DNA of 64,000 nt from an uncultured Leptospirales bacterium (GTDB taxonomy: Bacteria; Spirochaetota; UBA4802; UBA5550), in the NCBI GenBank assembly GCA_964439325.1, contig CAYTNW010000008.1, positions 69,440 to 133,439 of the forward strand. Direction: 5' to 3'. This document shows, in pieces, positions 30,067 to 40,206 of this stretch. The position numbers and the translations under genes are program-made. Within the stretch, counting starts at the first letter, position 1. The number at the start of each line of letters is the position of its first letter. A model generated the notes under the pieces. That model was not told where the DNA came from. It made no database searches and saw only the letters and a list, made by a program, of their open reading frames with translations.

Positions 30067-30567
30067 TTATGCTTCATTCACTTCGGCAAGTACTTCCATA
30101 TCTTTCACTGAGAGCATTATATCGGCATTGAGAATAATTATCAGATTCGCATCCTTGTTGAATACTCCCTTGATAACCTCCCGGTCGATGCTTACATGAA
30201 AATTTGGGACCTCCTGAAGCTGTCCGGGGGCGCTGATAACATCCGATACAGAATCAACGATCACACCTACTAGAAAATCTCTCATCTCGATAATAAGGAT
30301 CACCGTGAAGGCATCATATTCTTTCTCCGGAATGTTGAATTTCATCCTTAGATCAATGACCGGAACAACTATTCCGCGAAGATTCATCACCCCTTTCAGA
30401 TATTTTTCGCTGTTTGGTACTGATGTGATTGTTGTCATCCCGACAATCTCTTTAACGCGCAGTACCTCTATTCCGTATGTTTCGTTATTTATCAGAAAAG
30501 TAACGTATTGTTCTGCGGAAGTTTCCCCTGTTTCAGTTATATTCTGTTCAGATTGTAATGACATCAA
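30067..30567 (-). CDS. cheW: Chemotaxis adaptor CheW
   Basis: YGIEVLRVKEI, GVMNLRGIVVPVIDLR and GVIVDSVSDV. Confidence 0.96.
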   Translation of the reverse strand: MMSLQSEQNITETGETSAEQYVTFLINNETYGIEVLRVKEIVGMTTITSVPNSEKYLKGVMNLRGIVVPVIDLRMKFNIPEKEYDAFTVILIIEMRDFLVGVIVDSVSDVISAPGQLQEVPNFHVSIDREVIKGVFNKDANLIIILNADIMLSVKDMEVLAEVNEA

Positions 30568-30609
30568 ATTCCTCCGGCGTTACATCCAAGATTATTTCAG
30601 TTTCGTTTA

Positions 30610-30636
30610 TTATCGGAACTAATATACCTTTTTTAA
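30610..30636 (-). promoter_or_regulatory. Putative sigma-28 (FliA) promoter of cheW
   Basis: Minus strand reads TTAAAAAAGGTATATTAGTTCCGATAA, close to the consensus TAAA-N15-GCCGATAA. Confidence 0.45.
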
Positions 30637-30853
30637 TGGAAAAGGCAACCTTTTTCAATAAATATTAAACAGCGGCGGGAAAAACCTCATAAATATTTCA
30701 GCCTGGACGCAAAACGACATTAAAATAGCGGTCTTTGCTGCTGAAATGTTTAAAAGTAAACCGGCACAGTTTTCGACAGGCTTCTATAAAAATTTATTGA
30801 TAAATACAATTATTACAGATAGTATATAAAAAAATACCGGCAGGAGAGATCTG

Positions 30854-31765
30854 ATGAATATAGCAGTTGCGGGCGGTCTCGGTTTTCTGGGACAGCATAT
30901 AATCCCCGCCCTGAAGGAATCGGGGCATAACGTAACCCTTTTTGCAAGGAGGGAGGAGACCCAGAGGCACCGGGTATCTTTTGTTTATGCCGACCTGATG
31001 ATACCGGGCGAATGGCAGAAGAGAATTGCTGAGCATGATGTAGTCATAAACCTGGCCGGAGTAAACCTTTTTCAGAGATGGAACAGCGTGATAAAAAAGT
31101 CTATCTATGACAGCAGGATAATTTCAACTTCAAATATAGTGAACTCCTTTCAGCAGGGGGGAGCGGAGGGGAGGACCCTGATCAACGCATCGGCCGTGGG
31201 ATATTACGGGCTCAGGGGGGATGAGACTGTTACCGAATCGGAGGGGCCCGGAACGGATTTTCTTGCAAAGGTCTGCAGCGGCTGGGAGGAGGAGGCTCTT
31301 AAAGGGAACAGCATGGGGCTGCGGGTCGTCCTGCTGCGTTTCGCGTCGGTGTTCGGAGCTGACGGTGGCGCCTTTCCTGAACTTGTGAGGAACTACAGGA
31401 TGTTGCTGGGGGGGAGGCTCGGCAGCGGAAGGCAGTGGTTCCCCTGGATACATATCGATGACGCAGCCGGGATAGTGTTGAAAGCGGTTGCCGACGGTAA
31501 TATGTCCGGAGGCTATAACTGTACATCGCCGGGAATTGTAACGAACAGTGAGTTTACGAAGGTAATGGCGAAGGCGGTTAACAGACCTGTGATTATTCCC
31601 TTTATACCCCGCTTTGCATTGAGAATAGTTCTTGGCGAGTTCGGTTCGTTCCTTACCGGAGGGCAGAGGGCCGTTCCAGACAGACTGCAGAAAGAGGGGT
31701 ACAGGTTCATGTTTCCCGAGCTAAGGGGTGCTCTAGAAGACCTGATCAGGACCGGCAGCTGGTGA
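30854..31765 (+). CDS. TIGR01777-family NAD-dependent epimerase/oxidoreductase
   Basis: GGLGFLG, NLAG, SAVGYYG, GSGRQWFPWIHIDD and GQRAVP. Confidence 0.92.
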   Translation: MNIAVAGGLGFLGQHIIPALKESGHNVTLFARREETQRHRVSFVYADLMIPGEWQKRIAEHDVVINLAGVNLFQRWNSVIKKSIYDSRIISTSNIVNSFQQGGAEGRTLINASAVGYYGLRGDETVTESEGPGTDFLAKVCSGWEEEALKGNSMGLRVVLLRFASVFGADGGAFPELVRNYRMLLGGRLGSGRQWFPWIHIDDAAGIVLKAVADGNMSGGYNCTSPGIVTNSEFTKVMAKAVNRPVIIPFIPRFALRIVLGEFGSFLTGGQRAVPDRLQKEGYRFMFPELRGALEDLIRTGSW

Positions 31766-31779
31766 TATAAAGACTTCTT

Positions 31780-33339
31780 TCATGTGATGAATCCGCCGGC
31801 AAGGCTTTTTAAATCCTCGGCAAGTTTATTCAGCAGCCTCGTCGATTCATTAAGCTTTCTTGAAATATTTACAATTTCACCTGCCTGGTCAGCAATGTCT
31901 GAAATCGTTTTGCCCGATTCCTCCGAGGAGACCCTCTGTTCCGCGGTTGATTCCTCTATTGTTTTACTGAAGCTGTGTACCCGGTCGTTAAGGTTCCTGA
32001 TCGTTTTTATTGTGGAATCTATGTCCCCTATTTTATCTACTTCAATATCAATCTGATTTTTTATTCCGGACACGGCTGCGTGGAGCCTTTCGGTCAATGC
32101 GGCCGATTCCCCTATCAGTGAGCTGCTTTCTCCGATTATCTTTGTATTCTCGTTGATTATTCTTTCAATCTCCTTCGAGTTGGCGGATGTCTGGTCGGCA
32201 AGCTTCGAGATCTGTTCAGCGACTACCGCAAAGCCGCGTCCCGTGTCTCCGGCCCGGGCCGCCTCGATCGACGCGTTCAGCGACAGAAGGTTTACGTGGT
32301 CGGCTATATCGTTTATTATATTGATAAAGTTCGACATCTCGTCGCTCTTCTGGAGCACGGTCTGGAACCTGTCCCTTGTCATATCTATGTGAGTCATAGA
32401 TTCACTGGACAGGTTAAGGAGCGAGACGAGCGTTTTCTGTACATCAATAGAATCGCTCTGCAGCGAATCGTTAACGTCTTTCAGGTCGTTGATCTCCTGC
32501 ATTGTAAGGTTCATCTCGTCGTAGAGCGACCGTGACGTATCAGTTACGGAATCCGCGTTTATCGCCAGGGTCTCCAGCGAGCTGGAAATCTCGGTAAGAG
32601 CGGATGCCTGGTTCTCAGATATGGCATTCATGCTGTTTGAGATCTCCTCCTGCTGGGTAACATGGTTCTTTACTATTGTTATTGAATTAATGACCGATCT
32701 TGCTATCTCTTTAAGAGAGGCGATCGCGTCCATCGACTCGTTGTGTTTCGCAACTGTCAGTTTCAGCAGGAGCCTTGCAGCAGATGCGCCTGTTGTCGCG
32801 CCAAGCCCCACCATCGTATAGACGATGTAGCGCACAATAAGATTGCTCGCGGGTCCGCCGGGGATAAGACCAGGCCTGAAGTAGAATAAGAGACTCTGGG
32901 AGATAAGTACCGTGATAAGGCTGTATATGCACAGGTACGGATTAAAATAAAAAATACCCAGTGCGAGGGTTATATAATTTGCCGCGAAAAGTTCCGACGC
33001 GCCGTGGAACGAATACTGAAAAATCCAGAGACATACCGATATGGAGGTGATCGTCAGATACCCGGAGAATATCGTTCCCCGGTTTTTTCGTATCAGAAAT
33101 TCAGTCAGCAGCAGAATGGCTGATATGACAAGAAGCTGAATGATTATCGCATTGTATGTAAGATACGCCGATCCCTTACCGGCGATCTTTATTCCGCTTA
33201 CTGCGAAATTCGCTATAACCAGAATCGTGATAAACGCCTTCATCATCCTTCTGTTGTTGGTCTGCATTAAATCATAAAAAATTGACGATTTAACCAGTTT
33301 CCCTTCCTCTATCTTCTCGGTTTGAATTTTCAGGTTCAT
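31780..33339 (-). CDS. Methyl-accepting chemotaxis protein with a polytopic membrane N-terminus
   Basis: Five to six hydrophobic helices followed by [30 protein letters not shown]. Confidence 0.93.
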   Translation of the reverse strand: MNLKIQTEKIEEGKLVKSSIFYDLMQTNNRRMMKAFITILVIANFAVSGIKIAGKGSAYLTYNAIIIQLLVISAILLLTEFLIRKNRGTIFSGYLTITSISVCLWIFQYSFHGASELFAANYITLALGIFYFNPYLCIYSLITVLISQSLLFYFRPGLIPGGPASNLIVRYIVYTMVGLGATTGASAARLLLKLTVAKHNESMDAIASLKEIARSVINSITIVKNHVTQQEEISNSMNAISENQASALTEISSSLETLAINADSVTDTSRSLYDEMNLTMQEINDLKDVNDSLQSDSIDVQKTLVSLLNLSSESMTHIDMTRDRFQTVLQKSDEMSNFINIINDIADHVNLLSLNASIEAARAGDTGRGFAVVAEQISKLADQTSANSKEIERIINENTKIIGESSSLIGESAALTERLHAAVSGIKNQIDIEVDKIGDIDSTIKTIRNLNDRVHSFSKTIEESTAEQRVSSEESGKTISDIADQAGEIVNISRKLNESTRLLNKLAEDLKSLAGGFIT

Positions 33340-33366
33340 AGTGCACCCTCCTTACAGAAGCGTTTG

Positions 33367-33420
33367 AAAAAAATATGCCGCCTGACCGGGTTTCTTTTAG
33401 CGGTAACCACAGGCGGATAT
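33367..33420 (-). terminator. Terminator-like hairpin just upstream of the MCP gene
   Basis: Minus strand: ATATCCGCCTG...CAGGCGGCATAT followed by T7. It ends about 28 nt before the MCP ATG. Confidence 0.5.
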
Positions 33421-33637
33421 TGCTCTATTGAGGAATATTCATGCTTTTAAGGAAGTTAATAAGGGATAAGTTTTTTTCAAAAAAATGTATATGTTTTGTA
33501 AAATTTTTTCAGAAGCGGAAATAATTTTTAAATATATGATTCAAGCGCATTTAAAGCAGCAGCAGGCGAAAAGGAATCGGATGGAAAAACGGGGGCGCCG
33601 GGAAATCGTCCATGGAGAGCCCCCGCTCTCTAAACCG

Positions 33638-33670
33638 GCCAGATCAGCCTGATGCTCAAGCTGATCTGGC
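33638..33670. terminator. Perfect 11-bp hairpin after the repeat lipoprotein gene
   Basis: GCCAGATCAGC-N11-GCTGATCTGGC, 26 nt past the stop codon, with no downstream U-tract. Confidence 0.5.
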
Positions 33671-33695
33671 GCAAAAAACAGAATGGCGGCACCTG

Positions 33696-35759
33696 TCAGT
33701 TAAATTTGAAGGCGTCAATCGCCAGATATTGTAAACTTTCTGTAATTTCAAATTCAATCTCATCAATAAGGATTGTACTGTAACTCGACAGATCGACATA
33801 AGTAAACCCGTTATTGTTGGTGCCTGTGTTAATGTTTTCACCTGACAGATTATATGTGAATTTAATATATCCATCAAGAATTCCGCGAATGATAACATCA
33901 CCATAATTCCCGGAAATATAAGAGGCATCTGCCGGATATAGATACATGCTGAGGGCGTAGAAATCATATGTTGGATTGGTTATTGAACCGATAATCCCTC
34001 CAGCCAGTCCATTGTCAAAATTGTCAATATAATAGTCATCCATATCCGTGCCGGTCCATCCCCAAGAAGGCTGATTATCAATACGCAGGAAACTGCCCGT
34101 AATGACAAATGATAATCCACTCTCCGAGAAAGAATTACTTCCATGTGATTCACCGGCAAAGTGTTCTGTGGTCTGACTAATTCTTGTTTTCGGGAAGACA
34201 GCCGATACGTTACCGGTATCAACGGCATTTGTCGCTGTTGCTCCGTCTACAGTGAAGAAGTTTGCGGGCACGCCTGTCAGAGTGAATCCGGATCTGGGAG
34301 TCAGCACAATGTTAGCAGTATAGACTGTTGATGCCGCAAATATTGTGTCTGAAGGGGACCATGTAATGGTTCCCGTGTACTGTGCCGTGTCTATCGAAGT
34401 TGTTACCGGTACCGCGCCCAGTACGGGGGGCACTACTCCGGGTATTGCGGCGATGTTAATTGTCCGGGGCGCTTTATATACCACCGCGGTCTGCGGTGAA
34501 CCGGTAATCGAAAATCCGGCGGGGCTTGTTACTGTAACCGAGACTGTGGCGCCATTGGCAACGGTTATACCGGAAATACCGATGCTTCTGGTTGTTCCGG
34601 TTCCCGACAGAGCCCCCTTTGTCGCTCCGGTTATTGTAATGTTGTCTGCCGTCAGACTGGTCGGGTCTGTGCTGAAGGTCAGCGTCAGGGCAGTAGTAGT
34701 GACCGAGTTTGAAACGCCGCCGGTCTGTGTCACACCCGAGAAAGTTACCTCTATATCCGGTGCGGCGGCTGTTTCCGGGAAGACAGCCGATATGTTGCCG
34801 GTATCAACGGCATTCGTTGCCGTTGCTCCGTCTACAGTGAAGAAGTTTGCCGGTACACCCGACAGCGTGAATCCTGATTTTGGAGTCAGAACAATATTTG
34901 CGGTATAGACTGTCGATGCAGCAAATATTGTGTCTGAAGGGGACCATGTTACGGTTCCTGTATATTGAGCAGTATCTATTGCCGTTGTTACCGGATCTTC
35001 ATTCCGTACCGGAACTACAATTCCGGGTATTGCGGCGATGTCAATTGTCCGGGGCGCTTTATATACAACTGCCGTCAGAGGCGAACCGGATATTGCAAAA
35101 CCTGCAGGGCTTGTAATCGTAACAGAGATGGACTCCCCGTCGGCAACGGTTATACCGGAAATGCCGATGCTTCTGGTCGTTCCGGTTCCCGACAGGGCAC
35201 CCTTTGCCGCTCCGGTTATTGTAATGTTGTCTGCCGTCAGACTGGTCGGGTCTGTGCTGAAGGTCAGCGTCAGGGCAGTTGTGGTGACCGAGTTTGAAAC
35301 CCCGCCGGTCTGTGTCACATCCAGGAATGTGACCGGCGTGTCGGAATAATTTCCTGTTGCCGCGAACACAGCTGTTACAGTACCGGTATCAGCAGCATTC
35401 GTTGCCGCTGCTCCCGCTACAGTGAAGGAATTTTCCGCAACACCTGTAAAAGTAAATCCTGTTTTAGCTGTCAGTTCGATGTTTGCCGTATAAACAGATA
35501 AAGCTGCAAAAGCACTGTCCGAGGGTTCCCATGTTATGGTTCCCGTATACTGAACAGTTTCTATTGAATCTGCCACAGGAGTCATGCCGACTACCGGGAT
35601 TACTACACCCGGAATTTCGAAAATGGTTATCACCGTATCTCCGGCACCGGGATTTGTACCGGCGCCGTTATTTCTTCCGCAGGCGGCTGCCGTCAACAGC
35701 ATGGCACCCAGCAGAAGAAGTCTTATCCTCCTCCCTGCAATACTTTGAAATATCCTCAT
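33696..35759 (-). CDS. Surface lipoprotein with alternating Thr/Gly-rich Ig-like repeats (A-B-A-B-A) and a distinct C-terminal domain
   Basis: LLTAAAC lipobox. IPG(V/I)VxPV...QYTGT(I/V)TW occurs three times and VTQTGGVSNSVTTTALTLTF twice. Confidence 0.85.
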   Translation of the reverse strand: MRIFQSIAGRRIRLLLLGAMLLTAAACGRNNGAGTNPGAGDTVITIFEIPGVVIPVVGMTPVADSIETVQYTGTITWEPSDSAFAALSVYTANIELTAKTGFTFTGVAENSFTVAGAAATNAADTGTVTAVFAATGNYSDTPVTFLDVTQTGGVSNSVTTTALTLTFSTDPTSLTADNITITGAAKGALSGTGTTRSIGISGITVADGESISVTITSPAGFAISGSPLTAVVYKAPRTIDIAAIPGIVVPVRNEDPVTTAIDTAQYTGTVTWSPSDTIFAASTVYTANIVLTPKSGFTLSGVPANFFTVDGATATNAVDTGNISAVFPETAAAPDIEVTFSGVTQTGGVSNSVTTTALTLTFSTDPTSLTADNITITGATKGALSGTGTTRSIGISGITVANGATVSVTVTSPAGFSITGSPQTAVVYKAPRTINIAAIPGVVPPVLGAVPVTTSIDTAQYTGTITWSPSDTIFAASTVYTANIVLTPRSGFTLTGVPANFFTVDGATATNAVDTGNVSAVFPKTRISQTTEHFAGESHGSNSFSESGLSFVITGSFLRIDNQPSWGWTGTDMDDYYIDNFDNGLAGGIIGSITNPTYDFYALSMYLYPADASYISGNYGDVIIRGILDGYIKFTYNLSGENINTGTNNNGFTYVDLSSYSTILIDEIEFEITESLQYLAIDAFKFN
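34190..35330. repeat. Intragenic near-identical tandem duplication with a 585-bp period (ends approximate)
   Basis: GACCGAGTTTGAAAC at 34701 and 35286; TGCGGCGATG at 34446 and 35031. Confidence 0.9.
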
Positions 35760-35898
35760 TATCGGCTCCTTGTTTAGTGTAATTCCATACTACTCATGAG
35801 AACCGTATACTACTGCATATGATGTTCTTAAAATCAACAAGATTTAAGCGCAGCTGCTCTTTTTTTGGATATAAAGGAGAGGAGAGTGAATAATGGCG

Positions 35899-36249
35899 TC
35901 ATTCTGCCGGTTTTTTAAAAAATCTGTCAGAAACGATGTAGTGTTTTACCATAAGATCGGATGTAATTCCGTATTTATAATCGTCCGGATACAATACGGC
36001 TTTTTCTATATCTTCACCGGCGAATTTCCGGATCGATTCAATCGAATTCCAGAAAGTGACCAGAACCACTTCGAAACAATTGTTTGTCTCCCTGTACATG
36101 ATTTCAGCGCCGGAAAAACCGGGAATCGCGGCAGAATCCTTTACCCCGGTGCTGTGAAGATATGGGATAAACTCCCGGATCTTTTCTTTCGGACAGATGC
36201 ATCTCCATTCCCTGGCGATCATACTATCGTGCCCATTAAAAACTTTCAT
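35899..36249 (-). CDS. ABM (antibiotic biosynthesis monooxygenase)-like protein
   Basis: MIAREW...GFSGA...[25 protein letters not shown]. The true start may be ATG 36222. Confidence 0.75.
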   Translation of the reverse strand: MKVFNGHDSMIAREWRCICPKEKIREFIPYLHSTGVKDSAAIPGFSGAEIMYRETNNCFEVVLVTFWNSIESIRKFAGEDIEKAVLYPDDYKYGITSDLMVKHYIVSDRFFKKPAE

Positions 36250-37732
36250 CCGACCAGCCTACGTCCTCGAGGAACTCGTCATAAGTCCCGTTAAAGATAC
36301 TTACCGTGTTGTTGTCGAAGATCACAAGCTTTGTAGCTACGGCCCTGAGGTGCATCTCGTTATGAGTAACCATGATAACCGATCCGTCGAAATCATCGAT
36401 CGCCTCGATCAGCGAGTCGCATGACTGCATGTCGAGGTGGTTGGTCGGTTCATCGAGAAAGAGAAGGTGGCACGGCGTAACGAGAATTTTGCCGAGCACT
36501 ACACGGCTCTTCTCCCCTCCGGAGAGGACCTTTATTTTTTTCAGAGCGTTGTCGCCTGGAAACATAAGCCCGCCGGCAATGCTTCTTGCCTTGAATTCGT
36601 TGCACGACTTGTCGGCGCTCCTTATCTCTTCGAAAACCGCCCTGTTTTCGTTCAGGTCGAGCCGGTTTGTCTGCCCGAAGTATCCCTCAAGCAGAGCGGA
36701 GTGTTTTTTGATGCTGCCGCTTACCGGTTTCAGTTCTCCGGCCAGCAGCCTTATCAGAGTCGATTTGCCGCGGCCGTTTTTCCCGATAATACAGATCCTG
36801 TCGCGTTTGCCGACATTTATCGAGAAGTCGTTTATCAGGAACGGTTCCTTTCCGTTGTATGAAAAAGATATGTTTTCGGCGGACATCATCTGTCCCGCCG
36901 CGAAATGGGCGCTGTTGAAGTACAGGTCCAGGTCCTCTATCACCTCAAGCGTCTTCATCTCCCCCTGCTTTTCGAGCTTTTTTACCCGGGACTGGGTGCG
37001 GCTTGCGAAACTCGCCTTGGCCTTGAACCTTTCGATAAAGATCTCCTCCTGCCTTCTTTTCTTCGCTTCGTTGAGGCGGGTCTTCTCGTAGATCTCCTCA
37101 TCCTGGTTTATCATCGTGTAGAGCTTTTCGGTATCTCCCTCCACCTTCCTCGCCTTCGTCCGGTGTATCGCCACAATGTGCGTGCATACGCTGTCCATGA
37201 AGCTTCTGTCATGGGTGATCAGGATAAATTCCCCGTCCCACGATTTGAGGAAGTCCTCGAGCCACCTTATCGCAACGATATCGAGATAGTTGTTCGGTTC
37301 GTCGAGCATCAGCATGTCCGGTTCCGAGACGAGGAGCTTTGCGAGGTTCATCCTGATCTGGTATCCTCCGGAAAACTCCGAGGGGTTCCTCTCCATATCC
37401 TCATCCGAGAACCCGAGGCCGGAAAGGATCTTCTCGACCTTCCATGTTTCGTACTCCTCCCCTGCAGGCAGCCCGAGCGAGCATTCTTCAAGCACCGTAG
37501 GCTTTGTAAAATGGAGATGCTGTTCAAGGTATCCTATTTTATAGTTTTTAGGGACCGTTATGCTCCCGGAATTTTTTTCAACATTGCCGATTATCATCTG
37601 GAACAGGGTTGTCTTACCATGCCCGTTTCTTCCCACCAGACCGATCTTTTCCCCTTTGTTGACATTAAGGTTAAGGTCGTCAAAAAGCACCTGCGTGCCG
37701 AAAGTTTTGTTAAGTCCCGCTATCTTGATCAT
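36236..37732 (-). CDS. ABC-F family ATPase
   Basis: Two NBDs ([23 protein letters not shown]; [24 protein letters not shown]) with a linker and no TM domain. Confidence 0.95.
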   Translation of the reverse strand: MIKIAGLNKTFGTQVLFDDLNLNVNKGEKIGLVGRNGHGKTTLFQMIIGNVEKNSGSITVPKNYKIGYLEQHLHFTKPTVLEECSLGLPAGEEYETWKVEKILSGLGFSDEDMERNPSEFSGGYQIRMNLAKLLVSEPDMLMLDEPNNYLDIVAIRWLEDFLKSWDGEFILITHDRSFMDSVCTHIVAIHRTKARKVEGDTEKLYTMINQDEEIYEKTRLNEAKKRRQEEIFIERFKAKASFASRTQSRVKKLEKQGEMKTLEVIEDLDLYFNSAHFAAGQMMSAENISFSYNGKEPFLINDFSINVGKRDRICIIGKNGRGKSTLIRLLAGELKPVSGSIKKHSALLEGYFGQTNRLDLNENRAVFEEIRSADKSCNEFKARSIAGGLMFPGDNALKKIKVLSGGEKSRVVLGKILVTPCHLLFLDEPTNHLDMQSCDSLIEAIDDFDGSVIMVTHNEMHLRAVATKLVIFDNNTVSIFNGTYDEFLEDVGWSDESF

Positions 37733-38058
37733 TTATAATCCCTTCTTTTTTCCGCTCTCTGCAGGTTTGCTGAAAAACCTGTAATTGACCAGATATTTTT
37801 AAGAGCGGAAAAAGAGCAAGTATTTAAAGGGGGCATTTCTACCCGGCGGAATTATTGATGTTTTAAAATTTTTTTTGATAAAAGTGCAAGATTATCTGTG
37901 CAGGATAAAAATTAAATATTAAATTAAAAATATCTCTAACGCCGTTTCAGTTTATTACCCGGTTAAGGGATATACAGTTTTTTATCCACATAGTTTCAGA
38001 GGCCGGATATTCAGAGAATTAATATTTATTCCAATTATACTATTGTAAGGAGATATGT

Positions 38059-39003
38059 ATGAGTATTAATAGTTCAAAACAGGGATTTACAGCCTTAAAA
38101 AAATTTATGATTGTAAAGGGTGCCGGTACTGGACTCAAAATTCTTATCATAGCGTCGTTGATGGTTCCAGTTTTTATAAAGCCCTCGCCGGCGATGGATT
38201 ACCTGGTCGGCGCCAAGGGGGGATATTTTGTCTGGGACCCGTATCTGACACGTTTGGGACATCCGCAGTTTAAAGACATGAAAAAGGGGAGCGGAGTACT
38301 ATACGGACCCGTTGTCAGCGTTCTTTTTTCTTCCGATCTTTCTCTTTCAGTTTCGGGGCTTTTCGGTACACAGCTTGCGGACTGGACAAGTAAGGATTTT
38401 ATCAGGGGTAATTCGACAAGTTATACGACTGCAAAGTTTACAACTGCTGCGGACAGAATGGATGTAGACTCTGCGCTGAGTCTGAGGCTTACTGAAAATT
38501 TTAAGGTTTTTGCCGGTTATAAATATCAGAATTTTGATATGGAGATGAAAAGCGTTGGTTTTGAGAGGAACGCCACAGGATTAACCAGCGCGGAGGTTCA
38601 GGATATTGAAATAAAGATGCCGTTTCACGGACCTGCGGCCGGTATCGGATTTTCGGCACCGCTGGGCGACAGGTTCTTTTTTGCATCTAATCTTTCTGCG
38701 ATATATATGTGGGGAAATTTTGAATTTAAATCGAATGGATATCAATATCGTGCAAATGATACAATCAAATATCCGGGCGGCGGCAATGGAAGTGTTTCCG
38801 GTATAAAAATGAATACCAGGGGACTTAATCTTGAGCCGACTGTGGGAGCAAGTATGGGAGAAGCAATGCCTATCTTTACGCTTGGAGTCAGGATGCAGTG
38901 GTCTCAGACAAAGTTTTTAAATGCAGAGAAAATAGAGATTAAAGAGAAGTGGTGCAATGATTACCAGTACGGTCTTTTTGTCAGCATAGTGCAGCCTTTT
39001 TAA
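38059..39003 (+). CDS. Probable outer-membrane beta-barrel protein
   Basis: Signal peptide, alternating beta-strands (FAGYKYQ, GIGFSAP, LGVRMQW) and a C-terminal Phe. Confidence 0.75.
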   Translation: MSINSSKQGFTALKKFMIVKGAGTGLKILIIASLMVPVFIKPSPAMDYLVGAKGGYFVWDPYLTRLGHPQFKDMKKGSGVLYGPVVSVLFSSDLSLSVSGLFGTQLADWTSKDFIRGNSTSYTTAKFTTAADRMDVDSALSLRLTENFKVFAGYKYQNFDMEMKSVGFERNATGLTSAEVQDIEIKMPFHGPAAGIGFSAPLGDRFFFASNLSAIYMWGNFEFKSNGYQYRANDTIKYPGGGNGSVSGIKMNTRGLNLEPTVGASMGEAMPIFTLGVRMQWSQTKFLNAEKIEIKEKWCNDYQYGLFVSIVQPF

Positions 39004-39027
39004 ACTATAAGAGAAAATCTTATCCAT

Positions 39028-39059
39028 AAAAAAACTCCCCCTGAACGGGGAGTTTTTTT
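39028..39059. terminator. Bidirectional intrinsic terminator
   Basis: AAAAAAACTCCCC-ctgaac-GGGGAGTTTTTTT between convergent genes. Confidence 0.9.
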
Positions 39060-39082
39060 ATTAAAAAGTAATTATTTCTTTT

Positions 39083-39853
39083 TTACAACTGTACCGGTAT
39101 CGCGAGAGATACTCTGGAAAGGTTCTTTTTCGCCTTTTCGTATGCGGGATCAAGTTCAACAGCTTTCTGAAAGTTCGCTTTCGCCTCCTGGATTACCTTC
39201 CTGGCCTCGGCCTCTTTCCCCTCCTTCTTCAGAGCGTTTGCTTCCATGAAAGCGACTTCACCGCTGTAGTTGTTTAGGGAAGCCTCGACTGATTTTGTCT
39301 CTATTTTTGATGCTATAACCTTCTGCTCGTTTTCCGTAAGCATCGCATCGAGGAACACGGTAATTTTAGCTACAAGGTTTTTTTCTATCTCAAAGAATTC
39401 ATCTGTTTTGCCGTTCGCTGCAGCGGTTCCCAGCTGCGCCCCTTTTTCAACTGAAAAAACCTGTGCTTCAATGCGGAGAGATCCGTTCATCTCGGTGAAT
39501 GACCCTGTGAGGATATATTTGGCGCCGGTCAGTTTTCCGATTTCAACTATTTCTCTGGCATCAACAGCACCTGTCATCTGGAACTGCTGTTCTTTCATTA
39601 TATCGGCAAGGCGCTCTTTGCTTATGATATTGAACATGCCGATCGTTTCTATGTCAGTCATAACCATTGAGGCTATTCCGAATTCCCACGGCTCATACTC
39701 GGCAGCCCTGCTTTTAGGGGTATTGTTTTTGTAGTTGAGGACTACAAGACCCTTCCGGCTTTCACGCGGTATGTTTCTGAGATGTTTTGTATCTGAAGAA
39801 CATGTTATAATCAACAGGGACATTATAATAGCGGTAACTGTGTATTTTTTCAT
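39083..39853 (-). CDS. CsgG/HfaB-like lipoprotein with a C-terminal TPR-like helix pair
   Basis: LLIITC lipobox; FNIISKERLADIMKEQ, IGKLTGAKYILTGS and AVELDPAYEKAKKNL. Confidence 0.78.
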   Translation of the reverse strand: MKKYTVTAIIMSLLIITCSSDTKHLRNIPRESRKGLVVLNYKNNTPKSRAAEYEPWEFGIASMVMTDIETIGMFNIISKERLADIMKEQQFQMTGAVDAREIVEIGKLTGAKYILTGSFTEMNGSLRIEAQVFSVEKGAQLGTAAANGKTDEFFEIEKNLVAKITVFLDAMLTENEQKVIASKIETKSVEASLNNYSGEVAFMEANALKKEGKEAEARKVIQEAKANFQKAVELDPAYEKAKKNLSRVSLAIPVQL

Positions 39854-40027
39854 TAATCTCCTCCGGCTGGTTTAACTGAATCTATCTTAAATTATAATAA
39901 TGCGGATCAGTTATTTCAAGATTTTATTTTTACCGGCCGCCAATTTTTATAATTACCTGTCTCTGTGTAATGAAACATTTACCGGTAAAGTTTCTTTATG
40001 GACTTTGCATACCGGCCGATATATCTT

Positions 40028-40054
40028 TATAGAGGTTGCCGGTACTGCCGATAT
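40028..40054 (+). promoter_or_regulatory. Putative sigma-28 promoter of the diguanylate cyclase
   Basis: TATA-N15-GCCGATAT, about 150 nt upstream of the ATG. Confidence 0.35.
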
Positions 40055-40206
40055 CAGAACTGCTGCGGCTTTACCAGGACCGGATCTCCCGGCCTGAAAG
40101 GGCTCTTTTTAGGAATGCGTAAAAGTGAATTTGTTCAGCGGCGGATTGCCGGTTTTATTTTGACTGATCGCGGATTTGCTTTAAAAAACTATACCCGGAT
40201 AATGTA

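Noticed and set aside
30675-30750. c-di-GMP-I riboswitch-like GGACGCAAAAC
   Set aside because: No P2 stem with a GNRA tetraloop and no receptor helix can be formed.
36372-37738. Long plus-strand ORFs of 239 and 277 aa
   Set aside because: They are antisense shadows of the ABC-F gene. The same reasoning applies to the other short ORFs overlapping assigned genes.
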